Shown one piece after another: positions 9,360-19,032 of a DNA stretch of 64,000 nt (within the stretch, counting starts at the first letter, position 1; each line of letters starts with the position of its first letter). The translations under genes and the position numbers were made by a program. Source of the stretch: Bacteroidia bacterium (lineage in GTDB: Bacteria > Bacteroidota > Bacteroidia > M30B66); NCBI GenBank assembly GCA_965279035.1, contig OZ257142.1, positions 928,001-992,000 on the forward strand. The letters are read 5' to 3'. A model generated the notes under the pieces. It ran no database searches and was not told where the DNA came from. It worked only from the letters and a program-made list of their open reading frames with translations.

Positions 9360-10388
9360 ATGAAACCGATTCTCTTTCCTGCCTATCTGCTGATTTTTCT
9401 TTCAACAATCCTGGTTTCTTGCATTCCTGCGCGTCAGTTTGATGATGTGAAATCTGCAAAAGAACGCTGCGAGTCTGAGTTAACAGAACTCAAAGCACGT
9501 TATGAAACATTTACTGCAAAGGAAAAAGAATTAAATGTTCGTATCGAAGAGCTTTCTAAACAAACTCGCACACTTTCAGGAGATACAGCCAATATGGGCT
9601 TGACTGTTCGACGATTAACATCTTCATACGATCGTCTTGATAAAACTTATGACCAACTTCTTACCAATTACACGAAGTTGATGGAAGGAAAAGATCTCGA
9701 CAATAAAAAATTGATGGGGCAATATCAATTAACTCAAGAAGAGCTTCAAAAAAAGGAAGATCGTTTGCGTGATGCTGAAGCGGATCTTGAAAAACGTAAA
9801 ACGGAAGTCGATAAGTTGAGTGCCGACATGAAAATTTATGAGGAAGAACTTAACAACAAAGAAAAACGCGTAGCTGAATTGGAAGCAGTTCTTGCTAGAA
9901 AAGATTCTACCGTTGCAGTATTAAAAGAAAAAGTTTCGGCTGCTTTATTAGGATTTCAAGACAATGGACTTACCGTTACCACTAAAAATGGAAAAGTATA
10001 TGTTTCTCTCGAAGAACGCTTGCTGTTTGAATCTGGAAGTACTGTTGTGGACGCAAAAGGTGTTGATGCCTTGAAGAAATTAGCAAAAGTGCTCGAACGC
10101 GAAACAGATATTAACGTGCTTATCGAAGGACATACCGATAATGTTCCGATCAAAAGTGCCAACATCAAAGACAATTGGGATCTAAGTGTACTAAGAGCAA
10201 CATCCATCGTTCGTATTATTACTTCCAATTCGAAAGTTGATCCTAGAAACTTAACAGCTGCCGGAAGAGGTGAATATTTCCCAATCGATAAAGCCAATAC
10301 TCCTGAAGCTCGTCGCAAAAACCGCCGGACAGAAATTATCTTAACTCCAAATTTGGACGAGCTATTAAAAATTCTGGGAAGTAATTAA
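9360..10388 (+). CDS. Coiled-coil lipoprotein with C-terminal OmpA/MotB peptidoglycan-binding domain
   Basis: Start moved to ATG 9360, which follows TACGTTTG at 9335-9342. LVSC lipobox, long heptad region, LLFESGS, IEGHTDN, NWDLSVLRA and KNRRTEI. Confidence 0.9.
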   Translation: MKPILFPAYLLIFLSTILVSCIPARQFDDVKSAKERCESELTELKARYETFTAKEKELNVRIEELSKQTRTLSGDTANMGLTVRRLTSSYDRLDKTYDQLLTNYTKLMEGKDLDNKKLMGQYQLTQEELQKKEDRLRDAEADLEKRKTEVDKLSADMKIYEEELNNKEKRVAELEAVLARKDSTVAVLKEKVSAALLGFQDNGLTVTTKNGKVYVSLEERLLFESGSTVVDAKGVDALKKLAKVLERETDINVLIEGHTDNVPIKSANIKDNWDLSVLRATSIVRIITSNSKVDPRNLTAAGRGEYFPIDKANTPEARRKNRRTEIILTPNLDELLKILGSN

Positions 10389-10394
10389 TTCAAC

Positions 10395-11612
10395 TTATTG
10401 ATTCAGTGTAGCAAGTTTTCTCTTACTAAGTGTTCTTGATGCTGGAAGCCAAGAGGCCAATGCACCTATGATAATAACTGTCAATCCAATATAAAATAGA
10501 TCGGCCCCTTTTACTAAAACGGGATACGCATCTTCGCCATTAATCAATACAAGTTGAAATTTTGATTGTAAAAACACAATCAACAGCCCAACTAACATTC
10601 CGCCTATCATACCTATCACCGAAATCAACATTCCTTCAAGAAAGAAAATGCTTCGTATCGTTTTCCAATTGGCACCTAAGCTCTGAAGTGTTAGAATATC
10701 TTTCGACTTATCTACGATAAGCATCGTTAATGAGCCGGTAACATTGAAAATAGCAATCAATAATATGAATGCTAAAATCAAAAACACACCCCATTTTTCG
10801 GCATTGATTATTTTATAAAGTAATTCATGTTGTTGAAAACGGTTCTTCAACAGAAATCCATTGCCTGCTAATGCTTGAATTTTAGTCAAAACCTTTTGAG
10901 GATCTGCACCTTTTTTCAATTGCACTTCATACGAAGTAAATTCAGTCTCTCGGTGAAATAAATTTCGAGCAAATTCAATAGGGACAATAACATAACGTAA
11001 ATCAAATTCAGGTTGAACCTCAAATATTCCTGCCGGTCGAATACTACCACTATGAAATGCTTCTGCAGGATTAATACTGAAACTCGCATTGGCTTTTGGT
11101 ACATACATATCGAGTGGTTCATTCAAATCGCTCAAGCTCATCGATAGCGCATAGGCAATTCCACTTCCTACTAATGCCGAAGGTGATCTGCCAAGATTCA
11201 AATTAAATTCTCCATCAACCAGCATAGTGTCCAATCCACTCATCTTCATGAATTCGGGACCAACACCTTTTATCGTACAAACGAATTGCGCGTCATGATG
11301 TGTTACCAAGCCATTTTCTTCAATCACTGGCATCACCAAATCAACACCTTCAATATGAAGAATGCGTTTAGCAGATAGTTCGTTTTCGCTAAAGAATTTT
11401 CGTCCGTTCGCCTCTATTCGAATATCAGGATCGAAACTATTGTACAGCTGAACTACCCAGTTTTCTAAACCATTAAATGCAGAAAGCAAAATCACTAAGG
11501 CACAGGTTCCAACATGTATTCCCGAAACCGAAATTCCCGAAATGATGTTAATCACATTGGTGCTCTTTCTCGAAAAGAGGTAACGCAAAGCGATGAAAAA
11601 AGAGAAACGCAA
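10395..11612 (-). CDS. LolC/E-FtsX family ABC permease (lipoprotein-releasing type)
   Basis: IALRYLFS N-terminus, one TM, a periplasmic domain, three C-terminal TMs, and LIAIFNVTGSLTMLI...LQSLGA. TTG start directly after rbfA. Confidence 0.88.
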   Translation of the reverse strand: MRFSFFIALRYLFSRKSTNVINIISGISVSGIHVGTCALVILLSAFNGLENWVVQLYNSFDPDIRIEANGRKFFSENELSAKRILHIEGVDLVMPVIEENGLVTHHDAQFVCTIKGVGPEFMKMSGLDTMLVDGEFNLNLGRSPSALVGSGIAYALSMSLSDLNEPLDMYVPKANASFSINPAEAFHSGSIRPAGIFEVQPEFDLRYVIVPIEFARNLFHRETEFTSYEVQLKKGADPQKVLTKIQALAGNGFLLKNRFQQHELLYKIINAEKWGVFLILAFILLIAIFNVTGSLTMLIVDKSKDILTLQSLGANWKTIRSIFFLEGMLISVIGMIGGMLVGLLIVFLQSKFQLVLINGEDAYPVLVKGADLFYIGLTVIIIGALASWLPASRTLSKRKLATLNQ

Positions 11613-11615
11613 AGC

Positions 11616-11966
11616 TTAATCGTTTTTCAAGAGACGATCAATATTCTCTAAGTAATCTAAAGAATCGTCAATGTAAAATTCCAACTCAGGAACAATGCGT
11701 AATTGATGACGCACTTTCTCACCCAGTTTTTTCCGGATTTCCTTTTTAATCAGATTGATTTGATTCAACAATTCCTTCTGATCAGCCACTTTAAACATAC
11801 TCAAATACACTTTGGCATATCCTAAATCAGGGCTAATACGTGCTGTAGTTACAGTAATAAATGCTCCTTGAAACAAATTCCGACTTTCATACAGAAAGTA
11901 TTCTGCCATCTCTTTTTGAATTAAGCGGGCTACTTTTTTCTGACGAGTCGATTCTGTTTGTGTCAT
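11616..11966 (-). CDS. rbfA: 30S ribosome-binding factor A
   Basis: RQKKVARLIQKE, ISPDLGYAKVYLS and LRIVPELEFYIDDS. TAGCTTTG -7 element at 11992-11999 (-). Confidence 0.97.
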   Translation of the reverse strand: MTQTESTRQKKVARLIQKEMAEYFLYESRNLFQGAFITVTTARISPDLGYAKVYLSMFKVADQKELLNQINLIKKEIRKKLGEKVRHQLRIVPELEFYIDDSLDYLENIDRLLKND

Positions 11967-12025
11967 CTTGGGATGGCTTCTTTGGAAAACGCAAAGCTAT
12001 TACAATAATTTCTCTTCTGCTTTGA

Positions 12026-12790
12026 TTATCGAAATCGGTTACGAGTATGCTTATAAAACCGCTGCAACATCCAACTCAATCTTCTAAAACTACCCGCTTT
12101 TTTATGATCAATGGATGAAGCATATTGTCCATTATGACTTCCTTGTTCGGCGATTGTTGGATGTGACCAATAAACTGAGAGTAACTGTTCTTCCGAAAGC
12201 CGCTTCAACCACCAATCAACAGGTTCATTCATTTTTCGTGATTCTAAGGTTTGAAGTAGAAATCGGGCAGCTACTTGATTCAACAAATATGCACCGGCGC
12301 AGCGTGTATCATTTATTGGATACAGATATTGCCCTTCGTTTTGCACTGGAGCTGGAACGAATTTCAAGCCTGAGTTTTCTAAAGAAATGAATGCTGTGCT
12401 TTCTGAAATCGTTGGATTCGAACTATATTCTTCTAAAAACAGTTTTAGATACTCTGTAAAACGTTTGTCTAATCGAATATCATCCTCGAGTACTAGAGCC
12501 AAATCATAGCTTGAACTTGCGAATTTTTTCCAAGCTTCGATGTGTTTGGATGCACATGAACTAGCCGAAGAAATCGTTCTCATTTCCTCTGCGAAATAAG
12601 AGTTTAGATGGTTTTCACTTAGCTCACTTTTATCCCATTCTAACACATAGTCAAATGAAATCCCCAACTCCTTCAACTGTTTTTCAATTGCAATAGCTCG
12701 TTCTTCATAGCCTACTTTCACATGAAGTACATACACTATAAGCCGAAGTGTTTTCGGATTTTGACTACGCTCAAACAGGTGAATGTTCAT
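12026..12790 (-). CDS. Glycosyltransferase family 25
   Basis: SCASKHIEAW, LVLEDD, AGAYLLN..AA and PVD motifs typical of GT25. Confidence 0.85.
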   Translation of the reverse strand: MNIHLFERSQNPKTLRLIVYVLHVKVGYEERAIAIEKQLKELGISFDYVLEWDKSELSENHLNSYFAEEMRTISSASSCASKHIEAWKKFASSSYDLALVLEDDIRLDKRFTEYLKLFLEEYSSNPTISESTAFISLENSGLKFVPAPVQNEGQYLYPINDTRCAGAYLLNQVAARFLLQTLESRKMNEPVDWWLKRLSEEQLLSVYWSHPTIAEQGSHNGQYASSIDHKKAGSFRRLSWMLQRFYKHTRNRFR

Positions 12791-12849
12791 CCCGCGAAAG
12801 GTAGTAGAAATTTGTAATTTGCCGCCAAATTCAACCTATCCGGAATCAT

Positions 12850-14670
12850 ATGTATCACTTGAAGCGGTTACTAGCCTATATTCGACCGATTCACCATTAT
12901 CTTCCGGAATACATCATCTATACGTTCCTCGCAATTATTTTTGGAATCGTAAATTTTACCATGCTTATTCCATTGCTGAATTTACTATTTAGCTCCGAAG
13001 GAATTAAAGTCGCTGCAACTCAACCAGAATTTTCATTCAGTATCAGCTATTTCAGCGATCTGTTTAACTATCATCTTGGCAATTTTGCAAGCTCTAAAGG
13101 AAAGCTGTATGCCATGGCATTTGTCTGTGTTGTTATCGCTTCAGCTACATTACTAGCCAATATTTTCAGGTATTTAAGCACGCGTGTTTTAGTTCGACTG
13201 AAACTCAATTTGCTTCAACGTCTTCGGAATCATCTTTACGAAAAAGTATCTGGACAATCCATGTTCTGGTTCAACAAAAACCGAAAAGGCGATGTCATTT
13301 CCACCATGACCAACGATGTGCAGGAAATTGAATTCTCCGTAATCAGTTCGTTTCAAACGCTGCTGCGCGATCCATTTGTCATCATTGCCTATTTTATTAC
13401 CCTCTTTTATATTTCTCCAACGCTCACTTTTTTCACCATTCTTTTCTTTCCAGTTTCGGGTTTAATCATCTCCGGATTGGCTCGTCAACTCAAGAAAAAA
13501 GGCTACTTCAGTCAGGAAATGCTTGGTCGGATTTTGCAACATACCGATGAAACAATATCTGGAATTCGAGTAATACAGTCGTTCCGCGCAGTTGGAGTTT
13601 TTCGTAAACGATTTGAGTCGATCAATTCCCAATTTACTTCGAACAGTAAAGCATTATTTAATCAACGCGAATTAGCTTCTCCTCTATCCGAGCTTTTAGG
13701 GATTTTAGTAGTGGTTGTCGTGGTGATGTATGGAGGAAACTTGGTGCTGAAAAATGAACTTACCGGTTCCATGTTTATCACTTATTTGGCGCTCTATTCT
13801 CAAATATTACAACCGGCAAAAAACATCACTTCTGCAATTTCAAACATGCAAAAAGGCTTTGTTTCGGCCGAACGAATTTTTGCTATTCTCGATGAACCCG
13901 ATGTGATTCAGGAAAGCTCTGATGCTAGAACAATTCAAGGATTTAATTCAAGTATAGAATTTAAGAATGTAGGTTTTGCATATGGCGAAAAAGAAGTGCT
14001 CAGTCATATCAACCTTCAACTTAAAGCAGGTCAATCAATCGCATTGGTTGGGAAAAGTGGCTCCGGAAAATCGACTCTTTCTGATTTACTATTACGGTTT
14101 TATGATGTCACCGAAGGTGAAATTCTCATCGATGGAATGGACATGAGAAATATCACCATTGAATCTCTCAGAAAGTTGACGGGTTTAGTCAATCAGGATC
14201 CTATCATTTTCAACGATTCGGTATTTGCCAACATTACCATGGGCGCTGTTGATGCCGATTTGAATGCTGTTAAAGAAGCAGCCAAACATGCATTTGCCGA
14301 TGAATTTATTCAAGAACTCGAAAACGGATATGATACCATTTTGGGTGATCGAGGAAATCGATTAAGTGGTGGACAAAAACAACGAATTGCCATTGCTCGT
14401 GCATTATTTTTAAATCCTCCAGTGCTCATTCTCGATGAAGCGACTTCGGCACTCGATACTGAAAGTGAGAAGTTAGTTCAAAATGCACTTTCTATCTTAA
14501 TGGAGAATCGAACCTCGCTTGTTATTGCTCATCGACTCTCCACTATTCGTCATTGCGATGAGATTATTGTGCTTGATCAAGGGAAAATCATCGAACGCGG
14601 CACGCATGAACAACTCATTTTAGCGAACGGAATGTATAAGAAATTGTGCGATCTACAGGAATTCCGTTAA
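12850..14670 (+). CDS. MsbA-like ABC exporter (TM domain + ATPase)
   Basis: Multi-TM N-terminal half, Walker A GKSGSGKST, LSGGQKQRIAIARA, ILDEATSALD and IAHRL. Confidence 0.93.
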   Translation: MYHLKRLLAYIRPIHHYLPEYIIYTFLAIIFGIVNFTMLIPLLNLLFSSEGIKVAATQPEFSFSISYFSDLFNYHLGNFASSKGKLYAMAFVCVVIASATLLANIFRYLSTRVLVRLKLNLLQRLRNHLYEKVSGQSMFWFNKNRKGDVISTMTNDVQEIEFSVISSFQTLLRDPFVIIAYFITLFYISPTLTFFTILFFPVSGLIISGLARQLKKKGYFSQEMLGRILQHTDETISGIRVIQSFRAVGVFRKRFESINSQFTSNSKALFNQRELASPLSELLGILVVVVVVMYGGNLVLKNELTGSMFITYLALYSQILQPAKNITSAISNMQKGFVSAERIFAILDEPDVIQESSDARTIQGFNSSIEFKNVGFAYGEKEVLSHINLQLKAGQSIALVGKSGSGKSTLSDLLLRFYDVTEGEILIDGMDMRNITIESLRKLTGLVNQDPIIFNDSVFANITMGAVDADLNAVKEAAKHAFADEFIQELENGYDTILGDRGNRLSGGQKQRIAIARALFLNPPVLILDEATSALDTESEKLVQNALSILMENRTSLVIAHRLSTIRHCDEIIVLDQGKIIERGTHEQLILANGMYKKLCDLQEFR

Positions 14671-14728
14671 CATATCCACTTGAAAATCAGTCGAAGGCAA
14701 TTTTTTTGTAAAATTTTGACAGTTTGAC

Positions 14729-14759
14729 TTTGTTCAATGAGGAATTTATCCTAACATTG
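14729..14759 (+). promoter_or_regulatory. Bacteroidota-type promoter for tRNA-Asn (TTTG-N19-TAACATTG)
   Basis: -33 TTTG at 14729-14732, a 19-nt spacer, and a -7 element with one mismatch at 14752-14759. Confidence 0.55.
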
Positions 14760-14771
14760 CGCCCTCAAAAT

Positions 14772-14845
14772 TCCTTGGTAGCTCAGCCGGTTAGAGCATC
14801 TGACTGTTAATCAGAGGGTCACTGGTTCGAGTCCAGTCCGAGGAG
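14772..14845 (+). tRNA. tRNA-Asn (GTT)
   Basis: Cloverleaf: acceptor TCCTTGG/CCGAGGA, D arm GCTC/GAGC, anticodon arm TCTGA-CTGTTAA-TCAGA, T arm ACTGG-TTCGAGT-CCAGT. Discriminator G; CCA is not encoded. Confidence 0.97.
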
Positions 14846-14851
14846 CAAATG

Positions 14852-14876
14852 AAGCCACCACGTCCGGTGGCTTTTT
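14852..14876 (+). terminator. Intrinsic terminator after tRNA-Asn
   Basis: AAGCCACC-acgtcc-GGTGGCTT followed by a T-run. Confidence 0.85.
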
Positions 14877-15118
14877 GCATTTTAGGCTAGGCTTTATTCT
14901 ATTTGTAGCCCCACTTATTGCTCAGGTTTTACTCAAACAGCTTTAAATTAAGAAACCTCTAATTTTACCATTCAAATTTATTTTTTAGGAACATCGAATG
15001 TTGAATGAATTCGTTTGTGGTGATTAGCAAGTAAAATTTAAGCGAAGGTTTGAAAGAATCATCGTCATAAACTGCCTCGAAAACACTAATTTTGCCGCCT
15101 AAACCATCTCATAAACGA

Positions 15119-16417
15119 ATGGCACAGTTTGATCTGATTATGCCCAAAATGGGCGAAAGTGTTGCCGAAGCCACTATCATTAAATGGCTAAAACAACCAG
15201 GCGATTCCATTGAACTCGACGAACCAGTTCTCGAAATAGCTACCGATAAAGTAGATTCCGAAATTCCTTCTCCAGTTGCAGGTATTTTAGAAAAAATCCT
15301 TTTTCAAGAAGGGGAAACCATATTAGTGAATGCAGTTATTGCGCATATAAAAACCTCCGCTGAATCGGGTTCTACACCAAGCGCACCTGTTGTTTCAGCT
15401 CCTGCAACAGTTTCAAATTCAGCCATTGCTGTTTCTGAATCAATTGTTGAAACCGAAGAAGATTACCGTTCTGCTTCTGGACGATTCTATTCTCCCTTAG
15501 TACGTAACATTGCCAAGGAAGAACATATTTCCATGGAAGAGCTCGAACTGCTGGTTGGTACTGGAAAAGATGGTCGCGTTACCAAAAACGACATCCTTGC
15601 CTATTTACCACTTCGTAAAAACGGAACGGCTCCAGCTCAAGCAAAACCTGCCGCATCATCGGCTTCGCCAGCACCTCGCCCTTCAGCACCTGCCATTTCA
15701 GTTTCGGGTGGTGATGAAATTATCGAAATGGACCGTATGAGGAAACTCATTGCCGATCACATGGTTATGTCGAAAGCAGTAAGTCCACACGTAACTTCAT
15801 TCATCGAAGTGGACATGACCAATATCGTTCAATGGCGCGACAAAGTGAAAAGTGCATTTGAAAAACGCGAAGGCGAAAAAATCACGTTCACTCCAATCAT
15901 CATTGAAGCTGTAGCAAGGGCGATTAAAGATTTTCCAATGATTAACGTTTCTGTAGATGGAAATACCATCATCAAACGGAAAAACATCAATATTGGGATG
16001 GCAACGGCTTTACCTTCGGGAAATCTCATCGTTCCTGTGATCAAGAATGCCGATATCATGAACTTGGTTGGAATTACCAAAAGCGTTAACAGCTTAGCCA
16101 ATCGGGCACGTGCTAATAAGTTAAGTCCTGACGATATTGCTGGTGGAACCTTTACTGTTACGAATGTTGGTTCATTTGGAAACGTTATGGGAACGCCCAT
16201 TATCAATCAACCTCAAGTGGCTATTATGGCAGTTGGTGTTATTAAAAAGAAACCAGCGGTGCTTGAAACTCCTCAAGGCGATGTGATTGCCATTCGTCAT
16301 TTAATGTTCTGTTCATTATCGTATGATCACCGCGTTGTGGATGGTTCTCTTGGTGGAAGTTTCCTTCGTCGTGTGGGTGATTACCTCGAATCTTTCGATC
16401 CAAATACTAGTATTTAA
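15119..16417 (+). CDS. Dihydrolipoamide acyltransferase (E2) of a 2-oxoacid dehydrogenase, probably branched-chain type
   Basis: Start moved to ATG 15119; TAATTTTG at 15087-15094. Lipoyl domain MPKMGES...ATDKVDSE, E3-binding YSPLVR...GTGKDGRVTK, and catalytic SYDHRVVDG. Confidence 0.93.
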   Translation: MAQFDLIMPKMGESVAEATIIKWLKQPGDSIELDEPVLEIATDKVDSEIPSPVAGILEKILFQEGETILVNAVIAHIKTSAESGSTPSAPVVSAPATVSNSAIAVSESIVETEEDYRSASGRFYSPLVRNIAKEEHISMEELELLVGTGKDGRVTKNDILAYLPLRKNGTAPAQAKPAASSASPAPRPSAPAISVSGGDEIIEMDRMRKLIADHMVMSKAVSPHVTSFIEVDMTNIVQWRDKVKSAFEKREGEKITFTPIIIEAVARAIKDFPMINVSVDGNTIIKRKNINIGMATALPSGNLIVPVIKNADIMNLVGITKSVNSLANRARANKLSPDDIAGGTFTVTNVGSFGNVMGTPIINQPQVAIMAVGVIKKKPAVLETPQGDVIAIRHLMFCSLSYDHRVVDGSLGGSFLRRVGDYLESFDPNTSI

Positions 16418-17235
16418 TGGAACTCAACCTGAGTAAACCCATCGCATTTTTTGATATAGAATCAACAGGAACAAACGTTGCAGCCGATCGGATTGTAGAA
16501 ATCTGCGTGCTCCTAATACATCCCGACGGATCTCAAGAAACTAAAACGCGTAGAATTAATCCAACCATTCCAATTCCTCCTGAAGTTACGCTCATTCATG
16601 GAATTTCGGATGAGGATGTGAAGGATGAACCCACATTTAAAGCAATTGCAAAAGGCTTACTCGATTTTATTGGCGATGCAGATTTAGCTGGATATAACTC
16701 CAATAAATTTGATGTTCCCATGCTCATTGAAGAATATTATCGCGCTGGCATTGAGTTTCCAATGGATAATCGCAAGTTGATAGATATTCAAAATATCTTT
16801 CACCAAATGGAGCAACGTACTTTATCGGCTGCAGTAAAATATTACCTAGGTCGTGAACACATTGGTGCACATGGCGCCGAAGCAGATGTGATCGCAACGT
16901 ATGAAGTTTTAAAAGCTCAACTCGATCTATACAAAGACGTTGTATATACCGATAAACAAGGGAATCAGTCTGTGCCCATCGTCAATGATATGAATGCTCT
17001 TGCCGATTTTTCAACCAATAAAGATTGGGTAGATTTTGGCGGTCGAATGGTGTATGACAAAGACGGGAAAGAGCTTTTTAATTTCGGAAAACACAAAGGA
17101 AAACGTGTCGAAGATGTTTTAGCAAAAGAACCAAGTTATTACGATTGGATGATGAATGGTGATTTTGCTTTATCTACCAAACGTGCATTGGAGAAAATTA
17201 AAACCCGCGGTCTGGTTAAGAAATTCAATCAGTAA
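16417..17235 (+). CDS. DEDDh 3'-5' exonuclease (DnaQ / DNA polymerase III epsilon-like)
   Basis: FFDIESTG, GYNSNKFD, AHGAEADV, and C-terminal FNFGKHKG. 1-nt overlap with the E2 stop. Confidence 0.9.
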   Translation: MELNLSKPIAFFDIESTGTNVAADRIVEICVLLIHPDGSQETKTRRINPTIPIPPEVTLIHGISDEDVKDEPTFKAIAKGLLDFIGDADLAGYNSNKFDVPMLIEEYYRAGIEFPMDNRKLIDIQNIFHQMEQRTLSAAVKYYLGREHIGAHGAEADVIATYEVLKAQLDLYKDVVYTDKQGNQSVPIVNDMNALADFSTNKDWVDFGGRMVYDKDGKELFNFGKHKGKRVEDVLAKEPSYYDWMMNGDFALSTKRALEKIKTRGLVKKFNQ

Positions 17236-17240
17236 TTGGA

Positions 17241-17852
17241 ATGAAAATCATTTGCATTGGTCGAAATTATTCTGAACACGCCAAAGAATTAAATAATCCT
17301 GTTCCAGCAAATCCGGTTTTTTTCATGAAGCCCGATACCGCTTTATTGAAAGATGGAGCTCCTTTTTATCTACCCGATTTTTCCTCCGAAATTCATCACG
17401 AAATTGAAGTTGTCTTAAAAATTTCTAAAGCAGGAAAGCATATAGCAGAAGAATTTGCTGGGAATTACTTCGATGAAATTGGACTTGGAATCGATTTTAC
17501 TGCACGCGACCTTCAACAAGAATGTAAATCCAAAGGATTGCCTTGGGAAATTGCCAAAGCATTTGATGGTTCTGCTCCAATCGGATCGTTTAAAAACAAA
17601 AATGAATTCAGTAATTTAAATGCTCTGGAGTTTCATTTAAACATCAATGGAGAAACTCGCCAGTTGGGAAATACAGCCGATTTGCTATTTCATTTTGAGA
17701 AGGTTATCTCTTACGTTTCTCAATTCATTTCACTAAAAACTGGTGATTTAATTTTCACTGGAACGCCTGCTGGTGTTGGTCCAGTTCACATTGGTGATCG
17801 ACTTCAAGGATATTTAAATAAGGAATTACTGATTGATTTTACGATCAAGTAA
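17241..17852 (+). CDS. Fumarylacetoacetate hydrolase family protein
   Basis: KIICIGRNY.EH, FFMKP, HHEIEV, DFTARDLQ, WEIAKAFD and GDLIFTGTPAGVG. Confidence 0.93.
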   Translation: MKIICIGRNYSEHAKELNNPVPANPVFFMKPDTALLKDGAPFYLPDFSSEIHHEIEVVLKISKAGKHIAEEFAGNYFDEIGLGIDFTARDLQQECKSKGLPWEIAKAFDGSAPIGSFKNKNEFSNLNALEFHLNINGETRQLGNTADLLFHFEKVISYVSQFISLKTGDLIFTGTPAGVGPVHIGDRLQGYLNKELLIDFTIK

Positions 17853-17857
17853 TTCGA

Positions 17858-19027
17858 TCAATTTCCTATCACCTGTTGCTTTCTCGGAATTAAATCGTAC
17901 AGAATTTTTAACCAAACGAGAAGGAGTGGAACTACTTTCACAACGTATGGATAAATATATTCTGTTCGAATAACACGCGGCATCAAATCCGTTGAACTAA
18001 ACGAGGTAAATACAAGCGCTAGAATCAATAATACAAGATTCGCTTTCGTCTTTTCTGCACTCACATACCATATCGCAACTCCCGTCATGGCTATCACCAA
18101 GGTAGGCGACTCCGACATATGGTTAAATAATATTACCCAAATCAGAATCTGGGCAAGCATGACCAATTGATACGAAGTTTCCTTATATCGATCTTTTCGG
18201 AGTAAAGTCAGCAAATACACTACAACACCTGAAATTAAAAGCAATGTTTTGTCCGGATTTAAGCCAAACCAGTAATGCAGCCAACCAATAACAGAAAAGC
18301 CATAATTCAGGCTATGATCTGAACTTAAAATATGCGTCCAGCTTTTATATAAAAACAGCAGTTGATTCGGGCTGACTACAATTAAAGGGATGAACGTAAA
18401 AAGTAGAAACCAGCAGCTTGTCCATTTAAACATGCGCCATTTACCTGGAAAAAACAGGAAAAGACTAAAAGCAACAATCCCAAAAAGCTTAATAAAAACG
18501 GTGATAGAAATACATAATGTTGCTAAAGCGATATTGTCTCGTTGAAGATAAGCAATGGATAATATGATCAATCCGGCAATAAGTGCATTGCATTGAGAGT
18601 TTTGAATACTCGTCATCATTTCCATGGTGAGTATAAGCAATGCGATGCCTTTCTGTTCAGCACTGATTCCTTTTAATAAGTGTATTCCTCTTACTAATAT
18701 GAGTGTATTTAATCCATTCCAAAGGATCAATCCCAGCCAATCGGGTAATGCATTAAAGAATCCGAAAACGAGGGCGAACGCTGGACTGTATTTATAAATA
18801 TCGAAATGTTCTGTTGGATAATATTGATAAAGATCCAATCCATGAATCAAGTGTTCAAAAGCATATCTGAAAATAACATAATTGTTATAATGCGAGTGAA
18901 CAATGCCGTGTGTTGTTTTGTCTCCTAATAAGATCGATTGAATAGCTGTAATAATGGCAAGAAGTCCAAATACAACATACCAACTACTTGGTTTAGAAAG
19001 CCAAGTTCTTAATACAGCTTTATTCAC
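17858..19027 (-). CDS. GT87/DUF2029-like polytopic membrane glycosyltransferase
   Basis: About 10 TM segments, with YNNYVIF, YKYSPAF, IKLFG and ESPT motifs. GTG start. Confidence 0.78.
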   Translation of the reverse strand: MNKAVLRTWLSKPSSWYVVFGLLAIITAIQSILLGDKTTHGIVHSHYNNYVIFRYAFEHLIHGLDLYQYYPTEHFDIYKYSPAFALVFGFFNALPDWLGLILWNGLNTLILVRGIHLLKGISAEQKGIALLILTMEMMTSIQNSQCNALIAGLIILSIAYLQRDNIALATLCISITVFIKLFGIVAFSLFLFFPGKWRMFKWTSCWFLLFTFIPLIVVSPNQLLFLYKSWTHILSSDHSLNYGFSVIGWLHYWFGLNPDKTLLLISGVVVYLLTLLRKDRYKETSYQLVMLAQILIWVILFNHMSESPTLVIAMTGVAIWYVSAEKTKANLVLLILALVFTSFSSTDLMPRVIRTEYIYPYVVKVVPLLLVWLKILYDLIPRKQQVIGN

Positions 19028-19032
19028 GAATA

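Noticed and set aside
14846-15118. Possible integrative element at the tRNA-Asn 3' end
   Set aside because: No integrase, and I saw no duplicated tRNA 3' end. A terminator and then a housekeeping E2 gene follow.
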